From assembly GCA_038279365.1 (NCBI GenBank), contig JAYODI010000067.1, positions 1 to 20,230 on the forward strand: DNA of 20,230 bases, read 5' to 3'. Position 1 is the stretch's first letter; every line of letters starts with the position of its first letter. The notes beneath the pieces are model-generated. The model was not told the origin of the DNA, searched no databases, and worked only from the letters and a program-made list of their open reading frames with translations. The stretch is from Candidatus Latescibacterota bacterium (lineage in GTDB: Bacteria; Latescibacterota; UBA2968). Below are positions 15,602-20,230 of the stretch, in pieces. Position numbers and translations under genes: made by a program.

Positions 15602-17205
15602 GCGTTCGTTTATTCACCCTCATCTTTGTCACAGCCATCCTCTGTTTGGGTGGATTGGCTTGGTTTGAGGTCAAAAACCACACCGCGCATTTAGAAGAAG
15701 AAAGCATTCGCGGGGCCCAGCGTCTAAGCGACACCATTAGGCGCAGCACGCGATCAAGTATGCTCAACAACCGCAAAGAAGATGTATATGAAATTATTCA
15801 AAATGTGGCTGCACAACCAGGCATTGAACGCATTCGCCTCTTCAAACGCACAGGCCACATACGTTATACCACAGACAACACCGAAGCAGGTTCCATAGTT
15901 GATGTCGAAAAAGAGGCCTGTCTGACTTGCCATCAGGATAACCAAAAACCCATAAACGGCCAAGGATGTCGTGCCCGTACCCGCATATTTTATAGTGGCA
16001 AAAACCGTATTTTGGGCCTCATCACGCCCGTTTATAATGAAAACACATGTACTGGCGCAAGTTGCCATGCCTCCGTGACAGAGGAACCCATTTTGGGGGT
16101 ATTAGATGTACATCTCTCATTAAAAGAAATCGACGACACCCTCATAGAGCAAAATCGCGATTTTTTGCTCATCACCTATGTGCTCATGCTGGGGCTTGCA
16201 ACCATCTGCGGGGTATTTGTTTGGCAATTTGTACACAAACCTGTCAAATCACTCATAACCGGTACCACCCAATTGTCGAAAGGCAATCTCGGCCATCGCA
16301 TCCCCATCCAATCACATACAGAAATGGGATGCTTAGCCGAATCATTCAATCAAATGGCAAGTGAATTGGAACTGGCCCAACAGCAACTCACAGACTGGAA
16401 CCACTCTTTAGAAAAACGTGTGGAAGAAAAAACCCTTATCTTAAAACAAGCACAAACCAAATTGATACAAAACGAAAAAATGGCCTCTTTGGGCACTCTA
16501 TCTGCCGCTGTAGCACACGAAATCAACAACCCTTTAAGTGGTGTGCTCACATACACACGTTTGTTAAGAAAATTATTAGATACAGTCCCATCATCCCCAG
16601 AGCGCTTACCCGACATCCACAAATATTTAGAAGTCATCGCCTCAGAAGTTTCACGATGTGGCAAAATAGTGAGCAATCTGCTCGATTTTTCGAGACAATC
16701 AAACATCCGCATTGCTTCGGCCAATCTAAACCAAGTGCTCGATCGCGCCCTCTTCTTAATTGGCCACAAACTGAAATTGCAAAATATACAATTGCAACAA
16801 GACCTCTTGCCAGATCTACCACAAATCACCTGTGATGCCGATCAAATTCAACAAGCCCTCTTGGCCTTATTGCTCAATGCCATAGAAGCCATGCCCGATG
16901 GTGGAAGCTTAAAAGTAACCACCAGAAAAACAGATGTAGAGGTTCAAATCTTCATTACCGACACGGGGCTTGGCATGTCTCCTTCACAAATTGCACATAT
17001 TTTTGAGCCCTTTTACACCACCAAAAGTGCGCTCAATGGTGTTGGTTTGGGCTTGGCCATTGTATACGGCATCATCCACCGACACAAAGGACACATCGAC
17101 GTACAATCAAAAGAAGGTTCTGGCACAACGTTTGAGATATCACTGCCCATAGCCACACAGATTACGGAATACGATACTTCTCAGTTTGAAGGAGCGGTCC
17201 TATGA
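15586..17205 (+). CDS. Membrane sensor histidine kinase (NtrB-type) with HAMP domain and heme-c motifs in the extracytoplasmic domain
   Basis: Two TM helices flank a domain containing CLTCH and CTGASCH; HAMP (PVKSL...EMGCLAESFNQM); H-box AHEINNPL; N-box NAIEAM; DTGLG, FEPFYTTK, GVGLGL. Confidence 0.95.
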   Translation: MFWSLSVRLFTLIFVTAILCLGGLAWFEVKNHTAHLEEESIRGAQRLSDTIRRSTRSSMLNNRKEDVYEIIQNVAAQPGIERIRLFKRTGHIRYTTDNTEAGSIVDVEKEACLTCHQDNQKPINGQGCRARTRIFYSGKNRILGLITPVYNENTCTGASCHASVTEEPILGVLDVHLSLKEIDDTLIEQNRDFLLITYVLMLGLATICGVFVWQFVHKPVKSLITGTTQLSKGNLGHRIPIQSHTEMGCLAESFNQMASELELAQQQLTDWNHSLEKRVEEKTLILKQAQTKLIQNEKMASLGTLSAAVAHEINNPLSGVLTYTRLLRKLLDTVPSSPERLPDIHKYLEVIASEVSRCGKIVSNLLDFSRQSNIRIASANLNQVLDRALFLIGHKLKLQNIQLQQDLLPDLPQITCDADQIQQALLALLLNAIEAMPDGGSLKVTTRKTDVEVQIFITDTGLGMSPSQIAHIFEPFYTTKSALNGVGLGLAIVYGIIHRHKGHIDVQSKEGSGTTFEISLPIATQITEYDTSQFEGAVL

Positions 17206-18554
17206 TCGCCACACCCAACATTCTTGTTGTAGACGATGAAAAAGTGATTCGTGACTCATTGCACGATTGGTTTGCCGAAGATGGTTATGATATTGATGTG
17301 GCCGAAAATGCCCAAGAAGCACTTAAGCATATAGATCACACAATCTACGACATTGTACTGCTCGACATCAAAATGCCATGCATGGACGGCTTAACCTTAC
17401 AAGAAAAAATAATCAAACAAATTCCTCAGGCCATCATCATTATTATGACCGCTTATGCTTCTGTGGAAACAGCCGTTCAAGCCCTTAAGATGGGCGCTTA
17501 TGATTATCTTCAAAAACCCATAGATCCCGATGAACTGCAGCACATCATCGAAAAAGCCGTAGAACGCCAACATTTGGTTCATGAAAATCGCCAACTCAAA
17601 AAACGTCTTGAAACCCTCTCACAAGAAGACATGCCCGAACTGGTTGGGCAAAGCCCACAAATGCAACGCGTCAAAAGTTTGATTCACACGGTGGCTCCAA
17701 CTGATACCACGGTACTCATATTGGGAGAAAGTGGTACCGGCAAAGAACTCGTTGCACGTGCCATTCATCGTCATAGCCCTCGCCACCACATGCCCTTGGT
17801 CACTGCACATTGTGCAGGCTTACCAGAAGGCCTTATTGAAAGCGAACTGTTTGGACACGAAAAAGGGGCCTTTACAGGAGCAGCATATCGGCGCAAAGGC
17901 AAATTTGAACTCGCAGATAAAGGCAGTATATTTTTTGATGAAATTGCCGACATCAGCCCCAAAACCCAAATAGACTTACTGCGTATTTTACAAGAACGCA
18001 ATTTCACGCGATTGGGGGGAACTCATCCTATTGAAACAGATTTCCGCGTGATTGCGGCAACCAACCGCAACCTTGCACTTGCCGTATCAGAAGGCCACTT
18101 TCGCCAAGATTTGTATTATCGGCTCGATGTTTTTACCATAGAAATTCCCCCCCTGCGTGAACGCCCCCAAGACATTGTTCTTTTGGCCCAACACTTTCTC
18201 ATAAAATATTCTCAAAAAATGAATAAATCTATCCAAGGTTTTTCACCAGATGCCACAAAAGCCCTCACCCAATATTATTGGCCAGGAAATGTGCGTGAGC
18301 TCGAAAACACCATCGAGCGTGCTGTGGTCATTCAAAAAGGGAGTGAAATACACATAGATAACTTAAAAGAAGCCCAATCCAAAACATCAACAGACACAAC
18401 CAATCTATCCCTTGCCGCCCAAGAAAAACAACACATTGCATCCGTCCTTCAACTCATGCAAGGCAACATCAGCCAAACAGCCAAAACCCTCGACATCGAC
18501 CGGGTTACTCTTTATAACAAAATTAAGAAGTATGACCTCAAACGCTCACACTAG
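17202..18554 (+). CDS. Sigma-54-dependent NtrC-family response regulator (REC-AAA+-Fis HTH)
   Basis: LVVDDE, LLDIKMP (phospho-Asp), QKP; GESGTGKE, ESELFGHEKGAFTGA, FFDEI, FRQDLYYRL, WPGNVRELEN; HTH NISQTAKTLDIDRVTLYNKIKKY; ATGA overlap with the kinase. Confidence 0.97.
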   Translation: MIATPNILVVDDEKVIRDSLHDWFAEDGYDIDVAENAQEALKHIDHTIYDIVLLDIKMPCMDGLTLQEKIIKQIPQAIIIIMTAYASVETAVQALKMGAYDYLQKPIDPDELQHIIEKAVERQHLVHENRQLKKRLETLSQEDMPELVGQSPQMQRVKSLIHTVAPTDTTVLILGESGTGKELVARAIHRHSPRHHMPLVTAHCAGLPEGLIESELFGHEKGAFTGAAYRRKGKFELADKGSIFFDEIADISPKTQIDLLRILQERNFTRLGGTHPIETDFRVIAATNRNLALAVSEGHFRQDLYYRLDVFTIEIPPLRERPQDIVLLAQHFLIKYSQKMNKSIQGFSPDATKALTQYYWPGNVRELENTIERAVVIQKGSEIHIDNLKEAQSKTSTDTTNLSLAAQEKQHIASVLQLMQGNISQTAKTLDIDRVTLYNKIKKYDLKRSH

Positions 18555-18558
18555 TGCC

Positions 18559-19098
18559 ATGCCCAGCATTCACTTCTTGCAAATAGGCCATATCTCCCCC
18601 CAGTTATTCTCACCCATCGCACAAGGCATCCAAAACAGTATGAACATGCCCATTCGGCACCACACCGAAACACTTCCGGCACAAACATATGATGCCACGC
18701 GTGGGCAATACCACGCCACGCGCTTACTCGAATTTGTTGAATCTCAGACCCTGCCCTCCCAAGACCTCATATTGGGCCTCACCAATGTTGACCTGTTTAT
18801 TCCAATACTCACATTTGTCTTTGGTGAAGCACGTCTCAACAAACCCAGTGCCATACTATCTCTTTTTAGGCTCATGCCACAATATTACGGCCTGCCTCCC
18901 AATGACACACTCACCATACAACGCACCATCACAGAATCCGTCCATGAACTTGGTCACGCATTGGGGCTGCTTCATTGTAGCCAATATGACTGTGCCATGC
19001 ACACCTCTCGCACGGCTGACGACATAGATCTAAAAAAACCCCACTATTGCCCCAATTGTACCCACCATTTACACAAACCACATCACACCCTTACATAA
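18559..19098 (+). CDS. Archaemetzincin (peptidase M54) family Zn metalloprotease
   Basis: YDATRGQY, TNVDLF...FVFGEA, HELGHALGLLHC-x4-C-x-M...CPNC, the archaemetzincin signature with the second Cys4 zinc site. Start moved to ATG 18559, 4 nt after the regulator stop; 179 aa. Confidence 0.92.
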   Translation: MPSIHFLQIGHISPQLFSPIAQGIQNSMNMPIRHHTETLPAQTYDATRGQYHATRLLEFVESQTLPSQDLILGLTNVDLFIPILTFVFGEARLNKPSAILSLFRLMPQYYGLPPNDTLTIQRTITESVHELGHALGLLHCSQYDCAMHTSRTADDIDLKKPHYCPNCTHHLHKPHHTLT

Positions 19099-19126
19099 AA
19101 AAAGACGCCCTTTAAAAAGAGCGTCC
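19097..19126 (-). terminator. Rho-independent terminator between convergent genes (best formed on the minus strand)
   Basis: Minus strand GACGCTCT-TTTTAA-AGGGCGTC-TTTTTTT, a stem with one G-U pair and a 7-T tract, about 20 nt after the stop at 19148. Confidence 0.75.
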
Positions 19127-19147
19127 TTGGTCAAATTCATATTTTTG

Positions 19148-19792
19148 TTAATCGGCACCAATAAACCAAGCAAAAAACCAACACAACCCACCAATCAAAA
19201 TCAACACAAATGGGTTGATAAATGGATATTTTTGTCGCCAACGCCGAAGCCATCTTTGCGTGGGCGTTTCACTTTTGCGCCTTCTGCGCCGTCGTTTGCC
19301 CGAATCGTCGGCAGGTTGCCCTTGCCACACATGTTGATTGTCGAGAAAAACGGGGTCACCCTCTTTGTACTTTTTTTGGCCTTCATAAAATGGAGGCTCC
19401 AAGGCCCGCCAAATTTCTCTTACCAAAACATTGATGCGAAAGGGTTTGGCAATAAAGGCCGAAATGCCCAGCTTATTGATCACTTCTCGAGCGGCCTTAT
19501 CGATACTGGCCGAAACAATAATCACAGGCGTTGTTGCACCAGATTCTCGCAAAAACTGCAACAGCTTCACACCATCAATATTGGGCATCACCAAATCGAG
19601 CAAAATCAGATCGGGGTCATTCTCAGCCAAAGCATCCAATGCTTCGGTCCAAACATTGGCTGTGATCGTTTTAAAACGATTATGGCGCAACACATGCGTG
19701 ATCGACGTCATAATAGACGGATCATCTTCAATAACCAAAATCGTTTTTTCCTCGGCAATGATACCAGGATTGGGTGTGTAAGATTCTTCCAT
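19148..19792 (-). CDS. Response-regulator receiver domain protein with an Arg-rich linker and C-terminal TM helix
   Basis: ILVIEDD, LILLDLVMP, VSA and AKPF form a complete REC domain; followed by GKRRRRRRKS and the hydrophobic FVLILIGGLCWFFAWFIG at the extreme C-terminus. Confidence 0.85.
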   Translation of the reverse strand: MEESYTPNPGIIAEEKTILVIEDDPSIMTSITHVLRHNRFKTITANVWTEALDALAENDPDLILLDLVMPNIDGVKLLQFLRESGATTPVIIVSASIDKAAREVINKLGISAFIAKPFRINVLVREIWRALEPPFYEGQKKYKEGDPVFLDNQHVWQGQPADDSGKRRRRRRKSETPTQRWLRRWRQKYPFINPFVLILIGGLCWFFAWFIGAD

Positions 19793-19835
19793 AACCGTCG
19801 CAAAAGTAAAATGAAGGGTGTCTCAACATCACCAT

Positions 19836-19864
19836 AAGTTATTCACTTTAATCAAATAAGTCAA
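19836..19864 (-). promoter_or_regulatory. Putative sigma-70 promoter for the receiver-domain gene
   Basis: Minus strand TTGACT (19864-19859), 17-nt spacer, TAACTT (19841-19836), with a T-rich upstream flank. Confidence 0.5.
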
Positions 19865-19898
19865 AAAAAACAAGCACACAATATCACCCACAACCCAT

Positions 19899-19932
19899 AA
19901 AAAATACCGCTGGTAAGCAAATACCAGCGGCA
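19899..19932 (-). terminator. Rho-independent terminator
   Basis: Minus strand TGCCGCTGGTA-TTTGCT-TACCAGCGGTA-TTTTTT, about 25 nt after the stop at 19957. Confidence 0.8.
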
Positions 19933-19956
19933 CCCTGATAACCCCGTTCACTCGGC

Positions 19957-20230
19957 TTATTCTTCAACCCTAAAATAATGCAGATAAACAGATGTTGTAA
20001 CCGTTTTCTCAGCAGTGGTATCAGACACGTTGCTGTAGACCAACCGATAGATGCCAAACTCCGAAAGAGACAAATTGATTTCACCTGAGGCAACCGTCCC
20101 AGATTCATAGATCTTTGTTGCCGAACCAGAACGTTGCCATATCAAAAATTCGGCCTCTGTCATCACAAAAATCTGAATATTGCTATTGCCCACACCACTG
20201 GCCGAAAAACTTCCTCGCACAGTGATATCT
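19957..20230 (-). CDS. Hypothetical protein, C-terminal fragment; beta-rich, GOLD-domain-like
   Basis: The frame is open to the window edge (DITVRGSFSASG...NIQIFVMT...GIYRLVYSNVSDTTAEKTV...). G.Y.L..SN.....K.V resembles the emp24/GOLD motif; followed by a terminator. Confidence 0.55.
   Translation of the reverse strand, partial: DITVRGSFSASGVGNSNIQIFVMTEAEFLIWQRSGSATKIYESGTVASGEINLSLSEFGIYRLVYSNVSDTTAEKTVTTSVYLHYFRVEE

Noticed and set aside
18412-18558. N-terminal extension of the archaemetzincin
   Set aside because: Overlaps the HTH-coding end of the regulator; the domain starts at ATG 18559.
19060-19098. His-rich stretches (CTHHLHKPHH here, IHTHAH in GcvH-like copy 2) as metal-binding sites
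   Set aside because: Could simply reflect the C/A-rich bias of this strand; no support without conservation data.
19127-19837. 236-aa plus-strand ORF as an eighth gene of the operon
   Set aside because: Antisense to a gene with an intact REC domain and its own terminator; TTG start directly after a hairpin; no motifs.
1-20230. CRISPR arrays, tRNA/rRNA, transposases, prophage or defence genes
   Set aside because: No spaced direct repeats, RNA-gene signatures or such protein motifs seen; nearly all sequence is accounted for by the listed CDSs.

Overview
Bacterial genomic window with two main blocks and no RNA genes, CRISPR array or transposase. (1) 1-10305, minus strand: a tightly packed run of catabolic-type enzymes (sulfatase, two SDRs, ketopantoate-reductase-like protein, NAD-dependent epimerase/dehydratase, CnbZ-like deaminase, two Gfo/Idh/MocA oxidoreductases, NodB-type deacetylase, small membrane protein, PhyH-family dioxygenase, start of an enolase-superfamily gene), with a divergent beta-propeller lactonase at 10.5-11.6 kb. 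(2) 11.7-19.1 kb, plus strand: an apparently self-contained sigma-54 operon. It has a canonical -24/-12 promoter with three 17-bp activator-like repeats and two IHF-like sites. The genes are a membrane-anchored GcvH-like protein lacking the lipoyl lysine, a HybA-like 4x[4Fe-4S] protein with no Tat signal, a HybB/NrfD membrane protein fused to a c7-type triheme cytochrome, a second lysine-less GcvH-like protein, a histidine kinase with heme-c motifs in its sensor domain, an NtrC-family activator and an archaemetzincin protease. No hydrogenase or molybdoenzyme catalytic subunit is present. This second block is the best candidate for an uncharacterised redox or redox-sensing system. The window ends with a tail-anchored receiver-domain protein and the 3' part of a GOLD-domain-like gene. 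All family calls come from motif recognition by eye, not from database searches.
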